From Clostridia bacterium (lineage in GTDB: Bacteria; Bacillota; Clostridia; Christensenellales; CAG-314), in contig CAAGHL010000070.1 in NCBI GenBank assembly GCA_900769665.1, forward strand, positions 13,620-77,619: a stretch of 64,000 nt of DNA. Direction: 5' to 3'. The position numbers and the translations under genes were made by a program. Below the pieces are notes generated by a model. That model ran no database searches, was not told the origin of the DNA, and saw only the letters and a list, made by a program, of their open reading frames with translations. Below, piece by piece: positions 17,173-26,337 of this stretch. Position 1 is the first letter of the stretch. Every line of letters starts with the position of its first letter.

Positions 17173-18810
17173 CTATTTGGAAACGATGTACCACGTGTCG
17201 CTACCAATTACTTCCGAAGTTGTTTTGCAACCTTCGCCGAGCAGAATTTTGCCAGTATAAGCGTTCTCAGGATCAACTGGTGTAACGCCGGGATTGTAAT
17301 TTTTGAATTTACCACCATTTACAGTAATCGTGCAACCTGCAGTGGCGCTATCTTCATGATTCAAAACATAAGATATTTTGTTGCTTGGTGTCGCAGTTTC
17401 AAAAGTACCACCATTGATAGTAACAGTTGCCTTACTTCCGCTAGAGCGTGCGGTACACACATAGATACAAGAGGTTTGTTCTGATGTTCCGTAGAAGTGA
17501 CCACCGTTGATTGTCAACTTGCCGTAGTTTCCTGCACGTACAGCACTTGTTACTTTGTTGGTATATGTCTTGTCCGATCCAATAACAGCACCGGTTTGGG
17601 CTTCACTACTATCATTTATGGTCAATTTACCACCCGAACCACCGATGTAGAATACAGATCCGTTGTTGGGCTTAACGCCATCAGCATATTCAAGTTTAAC
17701 AGTATGTCCGTTCAAATCAATGACAAATTTTTTGCCTGACATGTAGATTTCATCTGTAACGGTAACATCGGCAATAAATTTCAAATATGCGCCTTTCTTT
17801 AATTTTTCAATCTTTAATGCTTGCTCGCCGGTTGCGATCAAATAAGGACTTTCTTCCGTGCCAAGACCACCAACGAAATTGTTAACATCATCTTTTACGA
17901 TATCCACTTTCTTATCTTTCTTTACTTCAGCAGGAATAGTTGTAGCATTTTTAACCACATCCAATACGCTATCATCAGTAGCTGCAACAAGATTTATTTT
18001 TGCACCTTCTTCTGCTACAATTTTAACATCACCAGCACCATTATCAGTAGGAGATACAAGAACAACGTTTACTACAGCTTGCTTAGTAATCTCAAGTTTT
18101 CCTTCCTTAATTGTAAGGTTGCCACGAACTTCACCCTTTTCATAATAAGAGTGTGGAGCAACAGCAGTAATATTAACTTTATCAACAGTGCCATGGTGTT
18201 CCACACTATCAGTTACGGCGTCAATCGTAAGGTTGCCACCCTTTGTACGAATAACAACATCTTGCGCATTTGTATTTGCCACGTACTTAAGTTCGTCAAC
18301 TGTAGTTTCACCTGCATCGAAACCAACCTTTACTTCGAGAGGCTTTTCGGCTGAAGTTTCAATAGTTTCACCTGCCCAGTAGATAGAATACTTTTGGTTT
18401 TCTACTGCGGGAATTTCCTTGCTAAGGAATTGCCAATATTGATAATCCTTGACGTCCTTGTTGGTTTGCGTGTCGGGAATACCCGTGATACCTTTTTCCG
18501 TTTTGTAAACAAAGCAGTAGTTGACGCTGTCCCACAAAATTTCGTGTTCGCTTACGCTTGCGCTGATTTTTGCAACGTCAAAACCTGCGTTTTCCTTGAC
18601 TGCGCCGAGTACGTCGTAGACCGTGTCGTACTTTTCGGTGCTGAGTGCGATTGCCTTGTTGAGGTTAGACACAAGTGCCTCGTCCTTGGCTTGGTTTGCC
18701 TTGCTGATAAGACTGCTGAATGTAGGGATAAGTACTGCCGCAAGCAATGCTATTACGGCAACAACAATGATCAGTTCCACCAAAGTGAAACCTTTTTTAC
18801 TATTTTTCAT
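17173..18810 (-). CDS. Large type IV pilin-like protein (prepilin N-terminal cleavage/methylation domain plus ~510-aa C-terminal domain)
   Basis: N-terminus MKNSKKG/FTLVELIIVVAVIALLAAVLIPTF. The C-terminal third has repeated strands KLTINGGHFYG, TVTINGGTFET and ITVNGGKFKN. ATG 18808-18810 behind AAGGAGAA. Confidence 0.8.
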   Translation of the reverse strand: MKNSKKGFTLVELIIVVAVIALLAAVLIPTFSSLISKANQAKDEALVSNLNKAIALSTEKYDTVYDVLGAVKENAGFDVAKISASVSEHEILWDSVNYCFVYKTEKGITGIPDTQTNKDVKDYQYWQFLSKEIPAVENQKYSIYWAGETIETSAEKPLEVKVGFDAGETTVDELKYVANTNAQDVVIRTKGGNLTIDAVTDSVEHHGTVDKVNITAVAPHSYYEKGEVRGNLTIKEGKLEITKQAVVNVVLVSPTDNGAGDVKIVAEEGAKINLVAATDDSVLDVVKNATTIPAEVKKDKKVDIVKDDVNNFVGGLGTEESPYLIATGEQALKIEKLKKGAYLKFIADVTVTDEIYMSGKKFVIDLNGHTVKLEYADGVKPNNGSVFYIGGSGGKLTINDSSEAQTGAVIGSDKTYTNKVTSAVRAGNYGKLTINGGHFYGTSEQTSCIYVCTARSSGSKATVTINGGTFETATPSNKISYVLNHEDSATAGCTITVNGGKFKNYNPGVTPVDPENAYTGKILLGEGCKTTSEVIGSDTWYIVSK

Positions 18811-18909
18811 ATGAAATATTCTCCTTAAGATTACGCCACTATGAATCCATATGTGGTCTTACTAATACTCTGTTTTGCACATTTGCCTCAAATTGACACA
18901 TTGAATTAT

Positions 18910-18994
18910 GTCATCCCGAGGAGCGACATTTGCGACGTGGGGATCTGCTGGAAAGCACCCTTATTACAATGGCGCTTCCGCGAGATTGCCACGT
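18910..18994 (-). repeat. A-type repeat, inverted partial copy (A3)
   Basis: The reverse complement matches 14126-14216 (about 78 of 85 aligned bases, one 6-nt indel). Confidence 0.8.
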
Positions 18995-19170
18995 CAGCCG
19001 ACGTTCACGGCTTCCTCGCAATGACAATCACACGCAACGCAACCATTTTGTCGGCGTCTTTGCCATAATGTCATTACTTACAAATGTACACGTTTTTTGC
19101 ATACGCATCGATTTTTCGCACGCAAAAATACCCTTCACCAAGGTATGGTGCGGGTTACAGGAAGAATATT

Positions 19171-19614
19171 TCAGCACAGCAGCACTTGCAAAATGCTGTA
19201 CAAATTTTGCTTATCTAACGGCTCGATTTTCCAACGGGGGGGGGTAGAGCCGTTGTCGCAAAGGCGTTCGTACGCCTTGCGCTTTTTGCCGCCAAGGTAG
19301 TTGACAATGCCGTCAACGGTCATCATTGCCACAATCAAGGCTTGCGCCCACAGCACAAACTCCACCACGGTAAGCGGAATGATTGCGCTTACACCGCCGG
19401 CAAACATAACCGTCATTGCATGCGCGTAGACGTCCTTGCCGAGCAGGTTGCACACGGATTGTTGCAAAATGCCCTCGTTGGTGCACAGGCACAGTATTGC
19501 AAAGGTGAAGAAAAACAAAATGGCATGCAAAACGTTGACCGTCTTGCGACTTTTGCGCTCCACAACGACGGACAACACGATGTTTATCAACATGTAAACA
19601 ACCAAGATTGCCAT
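19171..19614 (-). CDS. Hypothetical small membrane protein
   Basis: ATG 19612-19614 behind GAGGAG; four hydrophobic segments. Contains a C9 tract (19236-19244) near the 3' end. Confidence 0.5.
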   Translation of the reverse strand: MAILVVYMLINIVLSVVVERKSRKTVNVLHAILFFFTFAILCLCTNEGILQQSVCNLLGKDVYAHAMTVMFAGGVSAIIPLTVVEFVLWAQALIVAMMTVDGIVNYLGGKKRKAYERLCDNGSTPPRWKIEPLDKQNLYSILQVLLC

Positions 19615-19808
19615 AATTTGCCAAACTCCTCAATTTTGCAAGCCAAAATACCCTCTAGGGGCTTTTGCATTGAACATTATAATACTTTACTCAACGTAAG
19701 TCAACAAAATAGCCGCAAATATGCGACAATTTGCCGAAAAATGTAAAAATTTTTACTAGAAATGCACACGATTTTTTTATTACGTATGTAATTTTTCGTG
19801 TCATTGAG

Positions 19809-20720
19809 CTACAAAGTAATGGACATTGTGCGAAGGTCGACGTCATGTATTTGGTCGTTTATGCAGTAGGCGTATGGCTCGAGGAAGGTTTCCGTGCGTT
19901 CCGTCAACCCTACACTGCGCAAGCCGTCGGCAACTACTGCGCAAACGCTTTCCGCAAGGGCAGGAGATTCGTCCAAAGGGCAACCGACAAGCGCAGTCAG
20001 CATATCCCCCACTTGCGCCCCAAGTACGGGCAAAGCCGCCAAACCACGGTGCGCCCACTTGTAGTACGGCATGTAGGCGTTGTTGATTAGGTACACCGCC
20101 GACATTGTGCTTTCGACAAACCCAGACAGTGCGCCAAACGCCGCCACACGCTCGTTGCGAGCAAGGCAACGCGGCAAATTGTACTGTCCGCTTTGCGCCA
20201 TGCCAAACAGCGCCGAGGCAAGCTTTTTCAGTCGCACGTCCTCGGGACGGTTGAGCAAATACGCCCTTATGTCGGAAAAATCGCCATACGTATCGCAAAA
20301 AACCTGACCGTTGGTGGCTTCGGCAAGGTAGCTGTCGGGCAAAGCAAGCCACTGTTTGGCAGCGACGGGGACTTCCGCACCGACGTAAAATGTGTAAAAC
20401 TCCGTTGTGGTATGCACGCCCCTGCCGACAAATTGCGACTCGTTTAGGCAATATCCGCCGCCATGCGCACGCACCAATTTGGTGTAGGCACGGGACAGTC
20501 GGAAGCCGATACGGTCGTAGTCCTCGTCGGTGAGCCACATGCAAAAGCCAATGCCGAAGTCGTGATCGCGCGACAGTTCGTCGTCGAAACCGAAGCACTC
20601 CGATCCGTGCCCTGCCAACCCCACGGCAATGCGGTCGGCGTAGTCGGCAAAGTTGTCGGCAATCATTTGTTTGCCGTACTGCTCGTAGAAGTCGCGAGCT
20701 TCCGCCAAGCCCTTACTCAT
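19809..20720 (-). CDS. DUF4037-like (nucleotidyltransferase-associated) protein
   Basis: N-terminal pattern ARDFYEQYGKQMI...RIAVGLAGHGSECFGFDDELSRDHDFG, as I recall for DUF4037. ATG 20718-20720 overlaps the upstream stop (ATGA). Confidence 0.65.
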   Translation of the reverse strand: MSKGLAEARDFYEQYGKQMIADNFADYADRIAVGLAGHGSECFGFDDELSRDHDFGIGFCMWLTDEDYDRIGFRLSRAYTKLVRAHGGGYCLNESQFVGRGVHTTTEFYTFYVGAEVPVAAKQWLALPDSYLAEATNGQVFCDTYGDFSDIRAYLLNRPEDVRLKKLASALFGMAQSGQYNLPRCLARNERVAAFGALSGFVESTMSAVYLINNAYMPYYKWAHRGLAALPVLGAQVGDMLTALVGCPLDESPALAESVCAVVADGLRSVGLTERTETFLEPYAYCINDQIHDVDLRTMSITL

Positions 20721-21493
20721 AGTGCCTCTCCGTAGATTTCCTCGGCGGTTTGGCGCAATGCCTCGGCTTGCAAATCCATGCCGAACGCCGCAAATATCGG
20801 ATAGCACTTGGTCAGTGCGTAGGCGTAGTCACCGTCGCGAGGGATGTCATCTCGGCACAAAATTAGCCACGCTTCGTCCAGCGATTGTAACGATTTTTTG
20901 CTACCGTTTGCATTTTTTTGATACACTTGTGCCAACACGCAGTAGCTGACGGCAATATCGTAGGGGTGACTGCCCTCCTCGGTAAGCACGGCAACGGCAC
21001 GATGCAAGCAGTCCTCGGCAAGGTCAAGTTTGCCCATTGTGTACAGCGTGGAAGCCTTGTTGTTGAGGAACGCCGCATACTCGTATGTATTTTGTTTGCC
21101 CTCGGCAACAAAGGTTTGTTCCGCCTCGTCGTACAGCTTTGCGGCAAGGTCGGTTTGCCCGTATGCGCCGAGGGTTGTAGCCACGTTGACCACCACCGTT
21201 TCGCCGCTGACGCTGTGGCGCAGTCCCGTTTCGTCCAACAATTTGAGTGCGGCATAGCAAGCCTCGGTGGCTTTGTCCGTTTGTCCTTGGCGGCGATAGA
21301 AGCCTATTTGCTCGTTGGTGACGGTCAGCAAACCGCGTTTGTCGTCCATGCCGCGTGCTTCGTCCGCCCAGTAGCGCAAGCAACGCTCGGCGCCGAGCAT
21401 GTCGTTGGCGTGCAAAAACTCGTCCAATTTACTCAAAAAACGAGCCACGTTTATGCACTCGCGCGGTTCGTTGTCGCAACATCTTACAAGCAT
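20717..21493 (-). CDS. Helical-repeat (TPR-like) protein
   Basis: ORF trimmed to ATG 21491-21493 behind AAGGAGA. Repeated about-34-aa amphipathic helix pairs. Translationally coupled to the DUF4037-like gene. Confidence 0.55.
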   Translation of the reverse strand: MLVRCCDNEPRECINVARFLSKLDEFLHANDMLGAERCLRYWADEARGMDDKRGLLTVTNEQIGFYRRQGQTDKATEACYAALKLLDETGLRHSVSGETVVVNVATTLGAYGQTDLAAKLYDEAEQTFVAEGKQNTYEYAAFLNNKASTLYTMGKLDLAEDCLHRAVAVLTEEGSHPYDIAVSYCVLAQVYQKNANGSKKSLQSLDEAWLILCRDDIPRDGDYAYALTKCYPIFAAFGMDLQAEALRQTAEEIYGEAL

Positions 21494-21631
21494 ATTATCT
21501 CCTTTTGCCGCACACATATCGGGTTTTTGCCACGCACAACGGCGGCAAAACGCAAAAATGCGGCATAATAGTAGGCTGATTGGCACTAGATATTATACCG
21601 CAAAAATTGTAGTTTTGTCAATGCGCACGCA

Positions 21632-22276
21632 CTATTTGTGCGGCAGGTACTTGTCGGCGCGATTGTGCTTGACGGTGAGGTAACTGCGCCCGATGAGGAA
21701 TGCGCCGTCGGGGACGTCCTCGGTGACGGTTGTGCCGCATGCAACAAAGCAATCGTTGCCCATGGCGAGGGGCGCGACAAGGTTGCTGTTGCACCCGATA
21801 AAACAATTGTTGCCCACCACCGTGCGGTGCTTTGTTTTGCCGTCGTAGTTGACAAAAATCACGCCGCAACCGACGTTGGTGTTGCCGCCGACGGTAGCGT
21901 CGCCGATGTAGGCAAGGTGGCTGGCTTTTACGCCGTCGCCGAGGGTGCTGTTTTTGATCTCGACAAAGTTGCCCACGCGGCAATTGTTGCCGATTGTTGC
22001 GCCGTCACGCAGATGCGCATTGGGACCGACCATGCAGTTGTCGCCGACGGTGCTGTCGCAAATGCGCGAGGACTTGACCACGGTGTTGCAACCGATTTGA
22101 CTGTTGGATATGTAGCTGAAACTTCCGATTGTGCAACCGTCGTGTATCACTGTGTTACCCTTGACGACGGCATACGGCTCGATTGTTACGTTGTTGCCGA
22201 CCACGACGGACGGCTCGATGTAGTACACATATTGCTCCTTGAAATGAGTTTTTTGTATAGGGTTTCCATTCGCCAT
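21632..22276 (-). CDS. Left-handed beta-helix (hexapeptide-repeat) acetyltransferase resembling only the C-terminal domain of GlmU
   Basis: GNFVEIKNSTLGDGVKASHLAYIGDATVGGNTNVGCGVIFVNYDGKTKHRTVVG...LVAPL. ATG 22274-22276 behind AAGGTGG. No uridyltransferase domain upstream. Confidence 0.8.
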   Translation of the reverse strand: MANGNPIQKTHFKEQYVYYIEPSVVVGNNVTIEPYAVVKGNTVIHDGCTIGSFSYISNSQIGCNTVVKSSRICDSTVGDNCMVGPNAHLRDGATIGNNCRVGNFVEIKNSTLGDGVKASHLAYIGDATVGGNTNVGCGVIFVNYDGKTKHRTVVGNNCFIGCNSNLVAPLAMGNDCFVACGTTVTEDVPDGAFLIGRSYLTVKHNRADKYLPHK

Positions 22277-22506
22277 CACTAACCACCTTGGAGATGCCCT
22301 TTTCCGCGGCATAGCCGTTTGTAGGATTAACGACACTAACCGCACGAACCCCACCACGTGGGTACACGGCAGCTCGCTTCCGCACAAAATCTACGAAAAA
22401 TTTCTATCTCCAAGGATAAGTGAATTGATTAGTGATGACGATGGAAACCCTACGTGTTGATTTTTTACACAAACCCCTAGTGCCTCCACGGCAGTGGTGG
22501 CAACAG

Positions 22507-24789
22507 CTAGGAGATTTTGCAGACTAGGATGGTCATGTCGTCGGCAGGTTTGCCCTTGCATATCTTTTGCGCCTTTTGCATTATTTCCTCCGCCATGCTT
22601 TGCGGATTTGTCAGCGTGCTTTGCGTCACGATTTGCGCAACGGCATTTACGTCGCGGAAGCAATCGGTCACGCCGTCGGTCATCAGCACCACGCAGTCAC
22701 CGCAATTAAACGCCATTTTTGTCACGGACGGGCGCATTTCCTCTAACACGCCGAGGGGTAGGCTACTGCCGTTGACGATTTCCACCTCGTCGCCGCACCT
22801 CACCACCCCTGCGGGCGCGCCAAGCTTGATAAAGTCCGCCAAGCCGTTGTACATGTCCAACACCACCATGTCCACGGCGCAAAAAACTTCATTGCCGCAA
22901 CTTGTCAGCAGTTTGTTGACGCAGGACAGTATCGTGTCGTTGTCGAAGCCTGCGCGGTAGAAGCTTTCCACAAGGCTGATGGACGTTGCGGACATTTCCT
23001 CGGCGCGAGCACCGCTACCCATGCCGTCGCACAGCGCAACAATGCACTTGCCGTTGTCGGTGGTCAGCACGCTGTAGGTGTCGCCGCTGACGTTACTGCC
23101 CGATTTGGCAACGAACGATATGCCGTAGGTGACTCGGTAACGCGGTTTTGCCGCAAGGATGACGTTTGTCCAGCCGGCACTTTCGGTGGGCTCCGTTTTA
23201 TCCACAATCATTGGTTGGTTGACCACCGCCGAGGTGACCTGCTCGATTACGTCGTTTGCCACATCGCCGCTTGCCACCGTGACAAACACCGACAAATTGC
23301 CACCCTGTTGCAACACCGTCGCGCCGATGCACTTGACGTTGTGGAACACAAGCCTGTCCACAAGCTCGGTTTCCTTGTCGCTGTCAGACACGGCTTTGCT
23401 TTTGCAGTCGGAAGCAAGTTGCAACAGCAAACCCGACACGCCGCCCATTTGGTCGCCGAGCAACGTGCGATTGTTGGCGGTTTGCTCGTTTGCGGCAACG
23501 TACTCGGTGTAGGATTTGGCTTGGGAGTTGATTTCCGAAATAACGCCCGACACACGCTCGCAACGAAGTCCCAACGACTGCGGAACGTCCAATATGCTAC
23601 ACTTACCGCGTTTAACAGCGCAAACTGTCATACTCAACAGGCTTTGCTCGGTATCTTGCAAGTTTTGCCGCCAACACGTGGAGCGCAAGTTGCAATCACG
23701 ACAAACGCTTTCGGCAACTTGGCGCACGATACCGTTTTCCGCTTGCTCCACCGTCACCTGCGCGTTGGAAACGGAGTAGAAAGCGTTGCGCATTGACAGA
23801 AAAATATCCGACAAACGGTACAGCCGCCGAGCCAACGCCACGCCCGTTTTTTGCGAAACACTGCGCGCGAGGTAGGTTTCCGCACTGCCGTAGAAGCAAT
23901 CTTTTAGGTACTTGTACGCCTTGCCGGGGATACACACGAACACTAGCACCGACAGCGCAGTAGGCAAAAAAACGATGGTATCGAAAGTGCCGTGAATATT
24001 GAAAAAGTATGACAACACCACGTCCACGGCAACCACCGACACAGCACCCACAAGTCGATGTACCTTGCTTAGCGCAACGGCGGCAAGGGCGGAAGCCACA
24101 CAAAACACACAGCACTCGAAACCGCCCGTGGCTAGCAAATTGCCGATGCCGACGGTAGCTGCGCACACAAACGCCGTTTTGTCGTCGAGTGCCGACACGC
24201 AAAATAGCACGGCAAAAGGCGCGACAAAGTAGACGGGAGCCAAGCCCCACAGCGTGTACTTGGACAAACAGTAGCTTGCCACCACGCCGAACAGCACAAT
24301 GCAAATGCGCTCGTCCAACGCAGGCTTGTAGTCGACTCCGCGCACAAACACGGCGCGAAACACGTATATGCACACGTAGGCAAATGCAATGCCTAGTGCC
24401 ACGCACAGCAACCGACGGGCAAGCTCGCCGTAGCCGTCAAAGCGGTATGCCACGTAAAATACGTTGGCAAGCAAAGTGTACAACAGTAGCGCACCTTTGC
24501 CGATTTTTCGCTTGACAAGTTTGTGTACGCACACCGCAGTCATGATTACCGCCGCGCGCACGCCTGTGTGCATAAGCGACGTTGCGCCGCCTAGCAACGA
24601 TGAGCCGAGATAGATTACGCAAACGACAATCGGGTTGGCAGCATATGTTGCGCCTACAAAAATGCCGAATGCAAACGCTCCGTCCGACAGCGTTGCCGAA
24701 AGTAGGCACATTGCCGTGTAGACGGCGTACATAAGTACGGTGGAACGGGATAGTTTTTTCATGGGCAACTCCAAGGGCTTTTGCTCCAT
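22507..24789 (-). CDS. spoIIE: Stage II sporulation protein E (membrane PP2C phosphatase)
   Basis: N-terminal half has about 10 TM segments. C-terminal PP2C domain (GDTYSVL...ALCDGMGSGARAEE...VLMTDGVTD). Start ambiguous: GTG 24801, ATG 24789 or ATG 24762. Confidence 0.85.
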   Translation of the reverse strand: MEQKPLELPMKKLSRSTVLMYAVYTAMCLLSATLSDGAFAFGIFVGATYAANPIVVCVIYLGSSLLGGATSLMHTGVRAAVIMTAVCVHKLVKRKIGKGALLLYTLLANVFYVAYRFDGYGELARRLLCVALGIAFAYVCIYVFRAVFVRGVDYKPALDERICIVLFGVVASYCLSKYTLWGLAPVYFVAPFAVLFCVSALDDKTAFVCAATVGIGNLLATGGFECCVFCVASALAAVALSKVHRLVGAVSVVAVDVVLSYFFNIHGTFDTIVFLPTALSVLVFVCIPGKAYKYLKDCFYGSAETYLARSVSQKTGVALARRLYRLSDIFLSMRNAFYSVSNAQVTVEQAENGIVRQVAESVCRDCNLRSTCWRQNLQDTEQSLLSMTVCAVKRGKCSILDVPQSLGLRCERVSGVISEINSQAKSYTEYVAANEQTANNRTLLGDQMGGVSGLLLQLASDCKSKAVSDSDKETELVDRLVFHNVKCIGATVLQQGGNLSVFVTVASGDVANDVIEQVTSAVVNQPMIVDKTEPTESAGWTNVILAAKPRYRVTYGISFVAKSGSNVSGDTYSVLTTDNGKCIVALCDGMGSGARAEEMSATSISLVESFYRAGFDNDTILSCVNKLLTSCGNEVFCAVDMVVLDMYNGLADFIKLGAPAGVVRCGDEVEIVNGSSLPLGVLEEMRPSVTKMAFNCGDCVVLMTDGVTDCFRDVNAVAQIVTQSTLTNPQSMAEEIMQKAQKICKGKPADDMTILVCKIS

Positions 24790-25027
24790 GCTACACCCCA
24801 CTCGACATCAAATAACGGCAACGTTTGCGGAATTTTGGTTATTTTTGCCGATTTGTCGCAGTTGACGGACAAGCTAGTTTGCTTGACGACAACATTAACG
24901 GAGAAGTGCAAACATCGGCAAATCGGGTGCTTATGTGTGGGTGGCATGAGCGTAAAACAAAAGATTGCACAGTTGGAAATGCCATGAGCAAGGACAACTT
25001 TGCCTAAAAACATACTCTCCGCTATCG

Positions 25028-25531
25028 CTACATTACTCTACACAACAAACACGCGCATATACCGCCGACAAGGTTGCAAAACAGCGCAATAGGAACCGCC
25101 CAACCCGTGTGCTTTACCTTGGTTTGCGCAAAGTACACCGCCGCTACGTAAAAGACCGTTTCGCTACTGCCCATGATGACGCTTGCGCAACGCCCGATGT
25201 AACTATCAGTGCCGTAGCGCGCGTACACGTCGGAAAGTATTGCCAAACTGCCGCTACCTGAAAAGGGACGGAGCAACATCAGTTCGACCACTTCCGACGG
25301 GATACCGACAAGGCTGAATGGCGGCGAAAGAAACCGCACGACATATGCGCCGACGCCGCTGACGTGCAATGCGTTTGTCATGACAAACATTGCGGCGAGG
25401 TAGGGGAAAATGCCGATACCAAGCGGCAAAGCCTTTTTTACGCCGCACACGAAACCGTCGTATACGTTGACCCGTTTTGCCAATCCGCACACAAGCGTAA
25501 CGATGAAAATAAGCGGAATAATGTAACTCAT
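25028..25531 (-). CDS. spmB: Spore maturation protein B (nucleoside-recognition/Gate domain membrane protein)
   Basis: 167-aa polytopic protein, 4-nt overlap with the upstream spmA-like gene. Typical spmA-spmB order. Confidence 0.8.
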   Translation of the reverse strand: MSYIIPLIFIVTLVCGLAKRVNVYDGFVCGVKKALPLGIGIFPYLAAMFVMTNALHVSGVGAYVVRFLSPPFSLVGIPSEVVELMLLRPFSGSGSLAILSDVYARYGTDSYIGRCASVIMGSSETVFYVAAVYFAQTKVKHTGWAVPIALFCNLVGGICACLLCRVM

Positions 25532-26142
25532 TTTGCAATACGTATCTCTTTTTTGCCGACATTGACGGTTTGTTTAGACTGCACGGCAGGCTTGCGTTTG
25601 GGGTACGCCACGCACACCAGCGCAACGCCCACGACGGCGGTAAATATGGTGGAAATAAGCGTAGGCAACAAGATGTCGGCGGCGTTTGCCGAGCCTAGCG
25701 AAGCACGCAAACCGATGACGGTAGTCGGCACAAGTTGCACGCCGCTTGCGTTTACCACAAACAACATTGCCCCTGCACGTGACAGCGTTTCGCCGTGTTC
25801 CGTTTCCTTTATGACGGCAATTGCCGACGGCGTACTTGCGTTGCCCACCCCAAGCAGGTTGGACGCAGTGTTGAGTGAGATATACTCCGCCGCCGCTTGG
25901 CTGACATTGCCGTACAACCATTTGTTGAGCGGTTGCATAAGCTTTGCCAAGGCTTCCACCGCTTTGGCACGCTCGGCAATTTCAAACACGCCCGTCCACA
26001 CCGCATACACCGCGACAAGCTCCAAGGCGTACTTCAACGCACTGCTTGTGCCGTCCACAAACAGCGACAAAACCTTGTCCGGCGAGGTAAAAACAAGGCA
26101 AACTATCGAGACAATTACGCACACGCTCCACACTATGTTCAT
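25528..26142 (-). CDS. spmA: Spore maturation protein A
   Basis: Gate-domain membrane protein. The ORF-track start at 26148 is TTG; the first ATG is 26140-26142 (MNIVWSV...). Confidence 0.8.
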   Translation of the reverse strand: MNIVWSVCVIVSIVCLVFTSPDKVLSLFVDGTSSALKYALELVAVYAVWTGVFEIAERAKAVEALAKLMQPLNKWLYGNVSQAAAEYISLNTASNLLGVGNASTPSAIAVIKETEHGETLSRAGAMLFVVNASGVQLVPTTVIGLRASLGSANAADILLPTLISTIFTAVVGVALVCVAYPKRKPAVQSKQTVNVGKKEIRIAK

Positions 26143-26177
26143 ACGCAATTGTATTACTCATCGGCTTGTTTTAGTAC

Positions 26178-26209
26178 AAAAAAAAGCACGCCACGGTAGG
26201 TGACGTGCT
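26178..26209 (-). terminator. Rho-independent terminator downstream of hsp20
   Basis: Minus strand: AGCACG, loop, CGTGCT, then T8. Confidence 0.7.
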
Positions 26210-26337
26210 AAAAAATAACGTTGCACATTGAAAAGTGCCATTTGCACTGCGTTGTATATTACGTTTAACGTGACACTTTGCACGATTTAACATCGTTTAG
26301 TGCAACATAGGAGGAGCATCGGATTGCTCGGCACAAA

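Noticed and set aside
24802-25027. Spo0A boxes upstream of spoIIE.
   Set aside because: Only 6/7 matches to TGTCGAA (for example 24811-24817) were seen, which is too weak to call without a scoring matrix.
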